62,982 bases of DNA, filler included, from Hausera hauseri (GCA_046269625.1; 13 parts of 13 records of this genome joined end to end with filler, not necessarily neighbours in it); one strand, 5' to 3'; positions 38,711 through 54,580 are shown, counted from the whole stretch's first letter. Numbers and translations are program-made. Notes: generated by a model not told the origin, from the letters alone.

Positions 38711-38949
38711 AATCCATCTTAATATATTTATAAATGGCGTTGTTTAAAAAAATATGTCTAATAATTTTCACCATGTCAAATACACAAAAACACAAATTTG
38801 TCAAAATTTTCTCTAATAGTTGTTTCAATAGATTATTATTGTGGGAATTTGTGAGAGTTAATTAGTAAATATAGTGCTCACTGGGAACTATTTGTAGTCT
38901 GCTGGGAAATATCCATGGGAATTTGTTTAACATCTCCCTCCTTAGTTGA

Positions 38950-39785
38950 AGCGGTTCTCGGCTTCAGGGATATTGTCTGTAATTGACAGAATCCACATAG
39001 CTTCAATTTCAATGGCCTGAAACTTTCTTCACACTCCTTTGACCAAAATAACTCTCTATACGTACTCCTGCAAGCCTGATGTAACGGCCCCAATGAGTGC
39101 GTAATTTTTGATAAACCTTCTGTAATAGTTGGCTAGACCTAAAGATGCTCTCAACGACCGAGTACACTTTGGGACTGGGAATTTCCGGATCTCATTTACT
39201 TTTACTTTATTTGTTGACACTCCGTAATTACTAATGATATGTCCAAAAAATATCAACTCCGAAAAACCAAATTTACATCTTTGGGGATTCACTTTTAGAT
39301 TTGCATTTTCAATCATTTCATTACCTCTTCTAGTAGTTTGCAATGTTCCGAAATCGTTTTTGAGTAAATCAGCACGTTTTCCAAGTATATCGCAACACAT
39401 GCAAACAGTAAGTCTTCGAACAATGTATAAATCAGCCACTTAAAAGTTCCAGGAGCCGTGGAGAGGCCAAATGGTACTCGGTTGAAACAATATTGTTGTG
39501 ATTTCGTGCAAAAGGCTGTTTTTTTGAGTCTTTATCCAACGCGACTTGATAAGATGTCTTACCGAGGTCTATTCTTGAAAAAAATTTTGAACCGCCTAAC
39601 GCATCAAATAAGGTTGAACTTTTCGGCATTGGAAAAAAAATTTTCTTTGCTATTTCATTTAACTTTCTAAAATGCAAACAAATTCGGATTCCTGCATCTT
39701 TCTTTCGAGATACCACTAAAGGCGAATTCCGTTCAATTTTTCATTTCCGAATAATATGCGCTTTCTCCAAGTCTTTCAAAAATTC
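38950..39785 (-). mobile_element. Decayed Ty3/Gypsy RT fragment (different family from E1-E3)
   Basis: SPLVVSRKKDAGIRICLHFRKLN, SKFFSRIDL, KCKFGFSELIFFGHII-like motif (QRCKF..), LGLANYYRRFIKNYA. Confidence 0.88.
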
Positions 39786-40294
39786 NNNNNNNNNNNNNNN
39801 NNNNNNNNNNNNNNNNNNNNNNNNNNNNNTTAATTAATTAANNNNNNNNNNNNNNNNNNNNNNNNNNNNNNNNNNNNNNNNNNNNTCGCCCTGCAAGAAA
39901 TTGAAAGAAGTGCCAAGTGAAAATAATCAAGGTAAAAATCTCGAGAAAGACGAGAAAAGAAAGATTCTTGACAATGTCGACAGGTCGAGAAATGAAATGA
40001 GAAACCAATGTTTGAAATTGATGACAGAAATGAATGAAAATACAATGCAGGCAATTGAACAAATGAATGATAATAAGGATATGGACGTAACAACAAATGA
40101 TCGAATGCAAATAGTAGAAAAATATTCAAATGGGGATAATCAAATGTCTGACCAGTTAAAAGGCATGTCACAGATTATGACCGATATATCTGTCAGTAAA
40201 TCCGAGAATATCAATGAATTCCAACGACGAATGGAGGAAAATTTGTAGAACAAGATAGCAGAATGAGTTAATTAACTTCAAACCATTAATAAAG

Positions 40295-40630
40295 TTACGT
40301 AACAAAGGTCGTTGTATGGATCAGATCAATAGTTTACACGTATCTGTCCACGTGGGATGCGAGGTCGATATTGCGACATAATTGTCGATACTTGTAAAAA
40401 TGTTAAATGCTAAAATGGAGGTATCTGTGAAAATTGGATCGGGGATTTTAGATGTTCTACCGAAAGAAAAATATGCATTCATAAAGTACGTCTGTTCAAC
40501 AAGTTATAAATGGATAGGAGCGCGAATAATTTGTATTTTTGAAAACAACATAACAACAAGTATGAATCACGGTGGCAGGAATTTGTGGGAATTCCCACTT
40601 GTACAATGTCAATGTGTATCAATAAAAATG
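40295..40630 (+). pseudogene. Decayed tandem EGF-like repeats (Notch/fibropellin-like)
   Basis: NKGRCMDQINS..ICPRGMRGRYCDIIVDTCKNVKC*NGGICENWIGDFRC; includes a frameshift and a stop. Confidence 0.75.
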
Positions 40631-41103
40631 GCTTATACCAAACATTCCGACCATTTTGTAAAAGTTCTCTTATTCATACAAAATTTGACCAGAATAATCC
40701 AAAGTACAAATGCATTCGTACTGGGCAACAGTCGTCCCCAGATTCCAAGTATCAATTCTATTAATGGCATCCACATCAGATAGCAGATTTTTCCCGACAC
40801 TGACGCAATCTGAACTCACAACAGTTCTGTCAATCTGCTCCACTGAGTCACAAGACCCATTACAACGAGCTCAAAAACGTCAACATTTACTAGAATGTTA
40901 CGTCTTATTCTGCAGGTATTTAACCTCTTTTCAGTTTCTAGTTGACCTTTAAAAAACTGAAACCCCGATATAAAAGAGTATATTTCTTTATGTCCAACTT
41001 CATTTAGACTTTAATTAAGAAACATAAAACCCAATATAAGCTGCTAAGCAGCTAATGATGAAATATTGATAAAATAAATTGAATTGTAATTTAGAATATT
41101 TTA

Positions 41104-42333
41104 ATGAATGTCCGTGAGATGATGAGACGGACCAAATCAACGATGTCCAATTATAAAGAAAATATTAAAAGAAACAAGAAAATTAAAGCATCAATAGATG
41201 CAGTTGGTTTTGGAGGATACACCTCTAAATTCTCCCTGAAGAACATGCAAAATTCAGGCCAGGAAGGGCCTCAAAAGTGCGGACAATTGAAAATGTCCCA
41301 ACCGCTTTATTTGCAGAAACAAATGCAACATTTTGAGGTAGAAAATTTTGAATATGAAATATTAAGAATGATTTTTGTGTATATATCTCAGCAAATTCCT
41401 GAAACTAAAAAGCAGTCTAAGGACGAAAAAATATGCGAGAAAAATATCTCAGATTTCAAAACTGATGATCTGTTGAATCCAAAAGACATTCCAAAACTCG
41501 TTCGTCGAGATGTGTACGCTTTATTTGGAGATCTCAATTCTTCAGATGATTGTGATTTAAATGAAGTTGGGGCTAAATTAAAAGACATTCAAAACTCCAA
41601 TTTAATACTGAAATGGAAACCCATTGATGCGTCTATGTTTGAAGTTGGAGACCAAGATGCTTCGAAGACGAACTACGTTGATTTATCACCCAGGACCGAG
41701 TTCCATTTGATCGTTCGAGAAACTTATAAGGTAGTTGTAGTGAGTTGCGTAAATAGCATCGTTATTCGTTATTGTTCTTCCTTTAGTTTGATAAACCCTG
41801 CCAGGGTTTGTGCATGTTTGAGAGTGTTTGTTAAAATCGGAATGTTTGGATTGGCCAATAAATTTAAAGGTGGTTTCATACCCCCGCAGAGGGACACTGC
41901 GACATCAATGGTCAGGTTTGATGATAAATTTAATGTCAATGTATTTTCATATTTATATATTTCAAGTAAGGGAAATTGGGGGTTTGGGACAACGTATGAA
42001 TCGAATCATATAAAGATGGTATTAAATTTAATTGGAAATGAATTAAAGGGAAATGTATACATTCTCAAGAGGAGCGTACACACACATGATAGTATGATAG
42101 GAAAGGGAAGAATTGTGAGCGATACGTCGAATCCTAAAGACAAAGCAAGACGCTTGGTTCGGAACGTTTTAAGAAGGGAAGAGAGGGTGTGCACGCTGAG
42201 GAAAAAATTATATGGGCCCAATAAAAGATTCGTCAATGGATGCTTCCAATCTGTAAATGAAACGTACATAACTAAAATTGAGTTGGCATGCGATATTTAT
42301 ATAAATCTAACAGACACTTCCATACTAATTTGA
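41104..42333 (+). CDS. Orphan intronless ORF, 409 aa
   Basis: 1.2-kb open frame in AT-rich DNA; no motif recognised. Confidence 0.55.
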   Translation: MNVREMMRRTKSTMSNYKENIKRNKKIKASIDAVGFGGYTSKFSLKNMQNSGQEGPQKCGQLKMSQPLYLQKQMQHFEVENFEYEILRMIFVYISQQIPETKKQSKDEKICEKNISDFKTDDLLNPKDIPKLVRRDVYALFGDLNSSDDCDLNEVGAKLKDIQNSNLILKWKPIDASMFEVGDQDASKTNYVDLSPRTEFHLIVRETYKVVVVSCVNSIVIRYCSSFSLINPARVCACLRVFVKIGMFGLANKFKGGFIPPQRDTATSMVRFDDKFNVNVFSYLYISSKGNWGFGTTYESNHIKMVLNLIGNELKGNVYILKRSVHTHDSMIGKGRIVSDTSNPKDKARRLVRNVLRREERVCTLRKKLYGPNKRFVNGCFQSVNETYITKIELACDIYINLTDTSILI

Positions 42334-42879
42334 AAGATCACAAATATGACCATTCAACATTTTGACAAGAGCATTCCAAATAGTTTTACTGTACATTCGG
42401 ATAACCTATATGTTCAGTAATTTCGGACAATGAATCAACATCAATCGAATGTGTTTCTGCAACCTTTAAATCTTCATTTTGTATGGATAATGATGCAGAT
42501 TGTTTGGATGCTTCATTTAGACGATTTTTAAGTTCATTTTCTATGTCATACTTGTCAGCTAATCTCTTTCAAATTTCGAATTTCTTTCATTAGTGTCTTG
42601 TTTTGGCTATTAATAAAAATTTGTGTTTTCTAAGTCATGCTATCTTCATTGATTCGAGAACTCTTTCCATCTCTTTAACCGATTCTTGTTCGACATGTGT
42701 AAATTCATTTACACTTTCTTCTCTTGGGAATGAATGAGAATAAATTTGATTGTTTCATAAACAAAGCCGAGTTTATTGACTCACTCTGCATATATTTCGT
42801 TGATGTTGCAACTTTCGAAGACTGGACTCCTTAATTAGATTTGAACGGTTGGGTGATTTCGACTGCAGCAGAAACGCCC

Positions 42880-42987
42880 GAAGGAGAAATCAAAGGTCCG
42901 GCCAATGTCGTCACTAGTGCGAAACAACGCATCCGGCTGTGTCCGGATAAAATGAGTCGTGGGGCGGCGAAGCATGTGGGCACCACA
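42880..42987 (-). mobile_element. LTR 5' head
   Basis: Reverse complement starts TGTGGTGCCCAC, identical to 26100; GC-rich island. Confidence 0.6.
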
Positions 42988-43190
42988 TTGTGTATTATGC
43001 GATTGATGCGCGATGTGATTGCTACGAGATGAAGATAATAAATCCTGTAATTCGTGAGGCTCTATCCTGAGCGCAGATAATCTTAATATTATCGGACCGT
43101 CATCGGACCTGCGAATAGAATGATACTCGAACGAGGGAAATCCAAAGAACGTTACGATGATGTTACAAAACGAATAACTGTAACAGTAGT

Positions 43191-43330
43191 TGTGGTGCCG
43201 CGGTTACAGGCGTCACCATCACTGGGACAACTGGTTTATCACTTGGTGCTGCTAGACTGGTGTGCCATTTGCCCCAGCCTCTGCCTGCCAATTCCCGTTT
43301 TGTTCGCGGTCGACCAGAGTTTTCAAACCG
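43191..43330 (+). mobile_element. LTR 5' head
   Basis: TGTGGTGCCGCGGTT, as after the E1 PPT; about 130-nt similarity to 1307-1180. Confidence 0.75.
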
Positions 43331-43759
43331 TGAATTAATCTTAATCTGATAATTTCACTAAAATTCCCAATTCACATTAAAAACCGCTATTTCGACAATT
43401 TCTAGTACTTAAAATCCATGAAAATTCCTTTATTTGTTCCTATGATTTATTATGATTTCGTCGAACGTCGACATGGAAGTTTTCGCACTATTATGTAATG
43501 AATNNNNNNNNNNAATGGATTCGTAAAACACAACAACACCAGCTGTGCAGTATCATATTATTTAAAAGATGAACTGTAAACGAAGAACTAATTAGGATTC
43601 CTTTGCGAAACAATCCTTTTACGTAAAGACTCAACATACCAGAAAGAGACACTATTGTCAATTGGAAATTGAAACTCAATAGTGATGCCCATAATGTTCT
43701 TCCAAAATCACGTTAATGGAACAACAATCGTCAAACCAATATACGTCGACGAAACCCAA

Positions 43760-44030
43760 TCTGATGAAGGATTAATCAGCATTCCTCAAATAATAAAAAT
43801 GTTACGAGAAAAGACTCACATAAAATTTTTATATCTCAGTCCTTGCTTCAGCAAGGAATCGACAAATTACAATTTTTACAGTTTAAAAGTTGTGAGTTAT
43901 CATAACGTGAACAAAGATGACTTTTACATTCTCAGTCTCAACGGTGCTACACACATGCTAACTGGTGATGAAATTGGTCAAATACCTTTTGATAGGTTTG
44001 AATTTGCTTATGCTCAATTTTGAGTTATTC
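43760..44030 (+). pseudogene. Axonemal dynein heavy chain (DNAH6-like) N-terminal fragment
   Basis: IIKMLREKTHIKFLYLSP...YNFYSLKVVSYHNVNKDDFYILSLNGATH...FDRFE resembles the DNAH6 N-terminus (GFLYL..YNPYNLxVV...DYYTIS..GVTH); recognised from memory. Confidence 0.65.
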
Positions 44031-45536
44031 TAAAGATTCTAAGACAAAAAACATTTTATTTACCATGTAAACAATCAGTGTGAATCTGAATAAGGGATCT
44101 AGTCGATAATCGGAATTTTGTCAGATTATATAAAAATGCTAAACCGGCATATTTAAATTCGAGTCATCAACAACACCACAATTGTGAAAGTTAAGAAAAT
44201 ATGTGAATAATAAATAAGTACATACTCGGTGATTTCACTTCTTTGCCCTACCTTTTGTATAAGTTTTTGTTTGAATATCGGTATATTCACAGAAGACAAA
44301 ATTATACTGAACTTTTTGGTGGAAATTTTTTCGATCGATTGGCAACACTATCAAATATTTTAACCATTTTGATTTTAATTTAGTTATTGGTACTTCTGTG
44401 ACAATTTCGAAAACACAAATTTATTCATTTATTTTTATTTGGAAAGTTTTCGGACATACGACAGAAAATTACACATCGCGAGCAAGATTATTCTATCAGA
44501 ATTTTATTAAATCCCCCTTGGCCATATATTACCATGAGTTCGGGAGTTTAAAGACCGTTGACGAGGGTCGGTCAAAATTCCCGAAACCCCTGGAAAATTG
44601 TGAAATATTCGGTTTTACAGTAATTACCGCCAATTGGCCAAATATTAAAAGAATAAGTTTACAATAAAAATACTAAGGCTAATGTGGGCAAATATGAATC
44701 ATATTTCTCATGTTAATCAATTTACAAATTTTGTTCCGCGTACATAGGTCCTCGATCTAATCTGGCAGCGGGTGAATAAGTACAAAATATATTATAGAAA
44801 TGTATTATTTCTGATTTATAAAATTGTTCCGGATAATGCCAGATCATGTCCAATTTCGTCGATTCCACAATTGGTTCCATATCGCTCAAATTCATTCGTT
44901 TCGGCGATTTAAACGAATCGGATCTGAGAAAGTTTTACTCCGAATTAGTCTGATTATGTATAATTCGCCTTATACTTAAATCACATATTACAGTCTCTAA
45001 TTGATCGGGTATTCCTTGAATAGTATCTCAGTTTTACCCAATCTATTCCACCTTCGACAATAACGTCAGGTATTGTTAAATAATGTAATGTCTAATGAAT
45101 TTGTAATTTGTTTTCAAACCTTTTTCTTTTTGCTAGATTTCCGTCTAATCATATAGTTAATTTACTCAATCCAATTATTAATTTTTTGGATCGAATATTA
45201 CCCTCCAGTGGTATTTATCATCGGTTACGTTTGTTAAAATTTAATATTCTATGAGAATTATCATTTATGATACATAATTTATTAATTTTAGTAGATCCTC
45301 GGGTTATGAACAATTTAGGTTACTAGCGTGTTGGCTTTCTGATACGTCGGGATAAACATGTTAATGGATAAAAAACATGTTTTGAGTGTAATCACAATAA
45401 AGTAAACAACAAATACATTGTGCGGTTTTTTAGTTTNNNNNNNNNNNNNNNNNNNNNNNNNNNNNNNNNNNNNNNNNNNNTTAATTAATTAANNNNNNNN
45501 NNNNNNNNNNNNNNNNNNNNNNNNNNNNNNNNNNNN

Positions 45537-48500
45537 AACTACACCCGCCGACATTCCTACTATTAGCGTACCTCTAAATTCACCTCTACCTCAGTCATCT
45601 ACCGTAAACCTCCCTTGCGTAGAATTCTTTGCTGAGAAGCAACATTCCAGCCGAACATGGCTGGACATCCATGCGGCTTGGTTAAAGTCAAATAATATCG
45701 TCGACTCTGCTTCAAGCAAACAGCTTGTTTATACTTTTGCCTTCCAACATTAAGTGGCAGCTTTCCAACTTGTCGGAAATCTTTCAAAGCAGTGACCCAT
45801 ACAAGACACTCTTTAACTCGATCTTAAAAACCACGGAACCATCTTTGGATAATATTATTCACAAATATTTCAACGAAAACACCAAAGGCACATTAAAACC
45901 CTCAGAATTTCTTCAAACTTCTCTTGGTGTTAATCAAGCAAACAACGTCGATTTATTACTCAGATATTTTCTGCATTCTTTACCTAGAGACATACGTGCA
46001 CTGTTGACAATAGTAGAGGATACATCGTCACGACAAAAACTAGCACAACTGGCTGATAAAAGCCATAAGATATTACATGAATATACAGCCCCAGTAGTCG
46101 CTGCTACGCTTCAAACATTAACAACACAACAGATTAACGACATATCACATTTTAACTGTCAAACAAATTCTTTACGTACCGAAAATGCCAATATACACTA
46201 AGCAATTTTAATACTCAAGTCTAAAACCGAAGCTCTGGCCATGCCTAGACGGAGTCGTTTTGATGCAAACCATAGCAGCACTTCTTCTCAAAGTTCGAGA
46301 CATGCGAAGTCGCCTACACGATCAATGGTGTGTTACCACCACATCAAATTTAAAGATAACGCCACTAGATGTTGCTTGGTTTGTAGATTTTATGCCCCAT
46401 TTCAGACGATCCGATAGTCTGCATACATAATAATAAGTTTAACTTTAAAGCACATAGGTTGCACCTTCTTTAATCGGTCCATTACATCACACCCTACTTC
46501 TTCCAATAACTTAAACCATGTGCCTCCAAAAAAACGTATAAAGCCCCAGATATTTCAGCACGTACGGCACAGGCAAACTTCTTCATTCTGATGGCCGTAC
46601 CTACGCCGTTTTCACATTAAAAGCCTCCTTAACATCCAAACCCAATCAATTAATCAACTTTTTTATTGATTCAGGGGCCGCTGTCTCTTTGTTATTACGG
46701 TCCATTAAAACAGCAGCCATCTCACCATGTAATACCAAGTTGTACATAGCTAACGGCCAAGCTTTACGTGTATTCGGCACGTCCAAGATTTCATTTACAT
46801 TACCACCATTCTCCGACATTTTCAATTGGACTTTCATCATCGCCGACACGCAATCCCCAATACTTGGCTCTTTCTACGACATTCTTGTTGACTGTAGACA
46901 ATGTCCGATCATTAAAAGCAGTTCAAGAAAGCCAACCTCTACAAGTAACCCACCGGTCACGCAGCCTATCTCGCCTATAAAATCGATATTAGAAAAACCC
47001 TCAGCCAACGTCAATAAAAAACTTATTAATACATATATAAGTAGTCCTACGTTTTTCTTAAAGTCCGATAATAAAGGAACAAAAAGCGTTAACAAGAACG
47101 ATTTAGGCGGCCCGATTTCTACCGTTTCTCGCACTAAATCCGATCAGTCCCCTGCAATAGCAACAACAGCCCTTACTACGCTTAGCCAAGAAATGCAACA
47201 ATATTTAACCGTCTTGTTTTCATACAATAAAAAAAGATACAGCATTTCGACCAGCTGACACAGCGTTTCATTATATAATCACAGAAAATCCTAGGCTCAT
47301 TAGGCAAAAACTCCACCCACTTTCACCACGTCGTCGACAGGCAGTCCAAGCGGAATTCTCTGCACTTGAGCAAGCTGGAATAATAAAACGCTTAAAATCA
47401 CCGTGGGTATCACCACTCCATGTCGTCCCAAAAAAGGAAGGCACATTCCGTCCATGAGGCGATTATCGCCAACTTAATAACGTCACAACCATGGATGCTT
47501 ATCCTCTACCTCTGATTAAGGATATATTACATTCTTTACACAAGACCACAATTTATTCGACCATCGATCTTGAAAAAGCCTAGCACCAAATACCGGTAGC
47601 ACTTGAAGACATCCAAAAAACGGCCATAATAACACTTTTGGTCTTTTTGAATATGCATTCATGCCGTTCGGTTTGAAGAACGCAGCACAGAATTTTCAAC
47701 GTCACACTGATTCAGTCCTTTCAGGCTTGCCATTTGGATATCCATACATCGATGATATACTAATTGCATCGGCATCGCCCAAACAATACGAAGAACGTCT
47801 CCCACTAGTTTTCCAACGCTTACACAGCTACAATTTGCAAGTGAACTCTTCTAAGTGTTCCGTCATTCAGAAAAAGTTCAATTTCCTCGGCCACGTCATC
47901 ACGCCTGACGGTCACAGTCCACAGCCTGATAGAATTCATGAGTTACGAAACATTGAACTACCAAAAATCACTACTGAAATGCGTAGTTTCCTTGGAACTT
48001 TAGATTTTGTACATAAATACGTCCCACACTGTAGCCAGTTAACTGCCCCTTTCGCTCACCTAGGAGAAGAGCCGAAAAAAAACTAATATGTTGGACGCCA
48101 CGTCTGTAAACCAGTTTGATAAACTCCACGACAAGCTTAAAACAGTTGAAATCTTAGCTTACCCAAAACCCGATGCAGACCTCATCTTAACAACCGACGC
48201 ATCAACGACAACAGTAGGAGCGGTTCTTTATTAAATATCTCAAGGTATAAATGAGCAGTTAAATTCTTTTCACGTAAGCTTCAGCCACAAGGACGCCGTT
48301 ATTCCACCTTCGACAAAGACCTCCTGACCATCGTATTAGCTCTTAAACATTTTTCACACTTACTGATCGCTCTTTCCTTCACCATTCAAAGGACAACAAA
48401 CCCCTCGTTCACGTAATGAACATGGAACAACCATCACTTCGACAAGAAAGCCATATCTCGTACCTGTCAACATTCAACTTTAAAATTTGCCATATTTCTG

Positions 48501-49990
48501 GCACAGACAATTTAATAGCCGACTTCTTATCACGCTCAGTTAATGCTATTAGTGTCACATGAATATTCTCTAAGGAACAATTAGTCCAAAATTCCCCTTC
48601 CGCTGAAACTCTTAAACAGTACAAATCCGTCCAAATCATCAATGGAGTAGCCATGGACACGTCGACACCTAGGCAACATTGCCAATCTTGGAACCTTCTC
48701 TACAACATTCCGCCTACTCAGACGTCACGTAAATTAAGCATAGATGAGGTCTGACGTACAAAGTCGGGTTAGACAATGCGTAGTTTACCAAAAGTTCAAA
48801 ATAGCTAAGCACCTGAAACCACCATTATTTCATTTCACATGTACGTCCCGTTTTGAATCAGTTCACCTAGATATCGTTAATCTATTACCTTCAGATAACG
48901 GCCACCAATTCGCTTTAGCAATGATGGACCGCGCATCTCGTTAGTCTGAAACTGTTCCTTTGCGTTCCATCATTATAGATTCAATAGCCGATGCATTCAT
49001 AAGAATTTGGATTAGTAAGTGCGGTTTACCCCGCTATATAATTACGGACCAAGGTTCTCAATTTGAATCGAATCTATTCAAGTCTTCATATATACACATA
49101 TATACACACAACTCCATATCATTCCCAGTCGAACGGCTTATTGGAACGTTTTCACCACATTCTCAAAGTCTCGCTAAAAATTTTAGCTAAAACCCATACG
49201 AATTGGACTACCATCCTTCCTTTCGTATTACTTGGGTGGCGCAACACACCGTCTACTACCACCGGTTGCGCACCAGCTGAAGCACTTTTCGGTACAACAA
49301 TTCGTGTACTTTTTGAACTAACTGATTTAGATAACACGCCGACTGTCGAAATCATTAGGTCTGCACAAAAGCATTTTGTTTAGTTAAGTCAGAACTCCTT
49401 CTGTAAAATAATACATGGTGACAAAACATACTTACCTGACACAATTTTTAACGCAAAATTCGTGTGGTTAAAAAATCCTTCACCTTCCGGATTCCAACCA
49501 AACTATTTAGGACCCTTTGAAGTTCTCAATATTACTTCACACACGGTTACAATACTCAAAAACGACAAAGAACAAAACGTGCACATATCTAACGTAAAAC
49601 CTACATTTTTCGTTAATGGCACACAGGATCCTTCGATTGATTCTACACAAACCATTCTTGACCTCTTCAATTCTTCTTCCACTCTACCAGCACGATAACT
49701 TGTTACTCTAAAATCCGCATCAACTCAAAAAACTATACCAAATGACATGCCGACCAATTCTCAACCTGCTGACAGAGCGAATCAAAATATAAATTACTCC
49801 CAACTACCTGAGCAAAAAATCAAACACGGTAAATAAAACAAGAGTTACCTTCATCAGATATAACAGAGAACAAAATATCGATAAGGTTCAACGTATTTAT
49901 CACACAAAGACTAAATAGGTAACACGCACCGTTCTATTTTGCCTTCTTGTTTCTGTTGCACAATATTTTTGATCAGTAGTTGATGAACCG
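45537..49990 (+). mobile_element. Ty3/Gypsy CsRN1-like element (copy E2), 5'-truncated by contig start, decayed
   Basis: Gag SSRTWLDIHAAWLKSNNI; AAAAAAC; FIDSGA; MPFGLKNA; YIDD; TTDAS; ITDQGSQFES; NGLLERFH; KTRVTF tail. Confidence 0.95.
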
Positions 49991-50094
49991 ATGGGATGGT
50001 AATACATCCTGAATACTGCTCACCACCACCCAGTTTCAGAGATTCTCTGCTTTTGCCTAGCATTAATGACTTTAGTCATTTGCGGAATCATGTA

Positions 50095-50171
<77 letters not shown>
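50095..50171. repeat. (ATCT)n microsatellite
   Basis: Perfect tetramer run up to the contig end. Confidence 0.98.
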
Positions 50172-50811
50172 NNNNNNNNNNNNNNNNNNNNNNNNNNNNN
50201 NNNNNNNNNNNNNNNTTAATTAATTAANNNNNNNNNNNNNNNNNNNNNNNNNNNNNNNNNNNNNNNNNNNNCACATGTGGCCCTCCAGATACGCCTTCTG
50301 CATTTGTCTGCAGAGATACTTGTTTCTGTGTGGTGTTTGCGTGTTCTACGTGTTTTCTATGTTTTCATGTTACTTGTTTGAACCTCTGTTACCCAAACGA
50401 TTTGAATACAACACGAGATGTGTATGTTTTCTGTACGTTTGTTATAGAGTTGTTGTTGTGAATAAGTCGTTTGTTGTTGTTAACGCTTCAATATTCAATA
50501 AAGAAAAAAGTAATGCTCGGAATTGTAAATGAAGTTTTTGAATACTACTTTTGTTCAATATAACAGAGGAAGTGTGATGTTTTCTAAATGTTTCCCATGT
50601 GATGTAAGTGAAAGTTTCTATATTTGATTTGAAGATGTAAACATTCCAAAGTGCTTGACAATGAGCATTGAAAGAAAACATGTGTAACTAAGCAAAAAGG
50701 CTGTAGCGTAAGCTCTCCTGTTACCTGCTCTGTGTTTGACAGTAAAAATAGCAACGACACATGAAAGCCATATTAGGTAAAGGACAAATGTAAAAGATTG
50801 TCCACTTGAAT

Positions 50812-50902
50812 GAGTCGGCGATTCGACTTAAGGTCAGGCTCGAACCCCGGTCGAGAGAGTCTGGAGTGGCAACCCAACGCGCTTCCACTGAGCCATCCAG
50901 AC
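50812..50902 (-). mobile_element. tRNA-derived SINE head
   Basis: A box TGGCTCAGTGG and B box GGTTCGAGCC on the minus strand; no proper cloverleaf. Confidence 0.6.
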
Positions 50903-52280
50903 CAAACTCAGCCAGCCGCAGTTCACACACACGGAGGATGACCAGCAGACCGCTGATACGTTATTCATACTTTTAGAAATGCTTGGAATTCAAATGAAGA
51001 AGCAGAAAATAATCCGAAGCCAATGATGTAAAACAAACAAAAGGCAAATGCCGCTGGCTTTAAAGGAAATACACTGGTTTTCAAAGCCTCAGGGCTGCAC
51101 TTCAATGCAAACAAATGGCAAAGTAGAAAAAAATTCAGAAAAACACTATTTCAATGGATCTATATAACCTGTAAATATATTGTCTTGTCTTTAATTATTT
51201 AGTTTTAGTAAATATATAAAATAAATGTTAAAAATAATAAAATAAATTTAAAAAATAATTTAAAATAAATTAATTAATTTAAAAAAAAAAGTGAAAAATG
51301 TTCGGGATGGCGTCGATCATTTGCGCGCAATGCGCCTGTCTGATTGCTGGACATGTCGTGCCGACATCCGTGTGGTTCTCCTACCATGCTGGCGTCTGAG
51401 TATTACCTACCTGAGACCACTCTCCACATGGCCCTAGATTCTCGTGCCATGCAAGTAGGCATGAACCACAATCCCTAACATCCCTTGCATCTGTCACAAC
51501 AGCCATCCCGAACACAAAATGCTCAGAACATTCAGCAGTTTATATGGACCTATTTTCAAACGGGACTTACGCTTACGGTTCTGACTAAAATATTCTGCGT
51601 TCAAATGAAACAGACACAGAAAAAACAGCAGGTCAGCATCAGGTTGAACCTTTCAGCTTTTATTTTCAGCCATTTTTCTTCTGTTTAACCGGTAGGGGGA
51701 ACAGATGCATTTTGGGTAATCGAAGCGCGCTACGTGACGTCATCAACGTCTGTGCCGTTGTTTCCTGGTCAAAGTAATAGAGGAACTGCAGTGAAACAAG
51801 TGGTCAAGTCCGCTTATTATAAACGAGTTTGGGCTTGTTTTTCGAGTGAAAGCAAAATATGAGTGGTAGGTAGTTTGTCCCTTCACGCCCCCCTTCCACG
51901 GCGGATGTGACGTACAATATTAGCGCAAGTAATGACGATTATCAGAGCTTGAGCAGAATACTGACAACTTGTTCTTGTAAGTTTCCTTGCACTGATGAGA
52001 AGGATAAAGATTGGTGTGTTTGTGTGTGTGTGTGATGCTTACACTGTTTCTTCCATCTTGATGAAGGTGTGTCACCAGGAATGTTGCAGTAAGAAATCTG
52101 CAGCTAGTAACGCGGGCAGTGAGCTGCGTCGTCTGTGCTAAGTGCAGCTTCATGCTAATGTGCTGCTTATCTGTATACATGTTACATATGCAAAATGTAT
52201 TTTTATGTTTTTAGAGCGTAAAGGTATGTTATTCAAAGTGTTTAGCATAATTTTGCTGTTCATATGTAATGCCATAATAA

Positions 52281-53483
<1,203 letters not shown>

Positions 53484-54580
53484 GTAACTGGGATTATGAA
53501 CAATTCACAATTGATACAAAGTTTTCCAAAGATTACTTGAGGCACAGATTGGCTCACAAGTCGTTTAAACGTCACAATCATTTAACAACGAAAAACAAAT
53601 TCTGTCTTTTTTTTCATCCATCTAAATGCTAATCAAAGTGAAGCTCTGTGTTTTGGAATAGAAATTACTGAGAGTTAACCAATCACGAGCACTGTGTGAA
53701 TTCACAAGCCTGCTTTCTTACTGAAAATGGCAGCAGCTCCACCATATTTTAAATCACTCATCCCCACATGGAAACGCTGGTTTGTCAGCTGTTGGGACTG
53801 TGGCCTTCCCAGGAGATGGCAGTGAGGCAGACAAGTCGTATCAATATTGTCATCCCGCTAGGGTGCTTGGTGTGGGTGTTGAGTCTATAAAGCTCAGCCC
53901 AGTGGAATGACTGGCACACAGTCTGTGAAACGACACATCACCGAGCAGTAAAGGAAAAGAAAGTGTCCTTGAACTGACATTTCCTTTTAGCTATCCATTT
54001 TTTTTTCAGAAACGACCCTCTTTGTAATACAGGGCTTGTTTTCTATTGGTTTTGAGAACCCAGTTTACGCCGCAACAATGAAATATATTTACTCAAGGTT
54101 AAAGCTTGATAGCGTTGATGCAGTACTCGTCACACAGAGGTCATTAAATTGGGAAAAAATACATTTATTCTGCATTCATTACATTGAAACAGAAGCCCCA
54201 TGGGCTGTAGAGTCAGGTGAATATTGGACCTATTTAGTATCTATAACCGGCAGCTTTGATTTGCCAGAGAGACCGTCAGCTCACATTTGTAGTCATTTGT
54301 ATATGGCCACATGTTCACTTTTTCTTTTTAATTTATTTTCTTCTTCTTCTTCTTGTCTTGTTTCTTCTAACTCTCTCTTTCCTATTTTCTTCCCTCTCTT
54401 CTGCCAGGGAGGAATCTACCATACTGCACAAGCTTATTCCTCTCATCAATGAATGAAATAAAGTTAATAATATAATAACTNNNNNNNNNNNNNNNNNNNN
54501 NNNNNNNNNNNNNNNNNNNNNNNNTTAATTAATTAANNNNNNNNNNNNNNNNNNNNNNNNNNNNNNNNNNNNNNNNNNNN

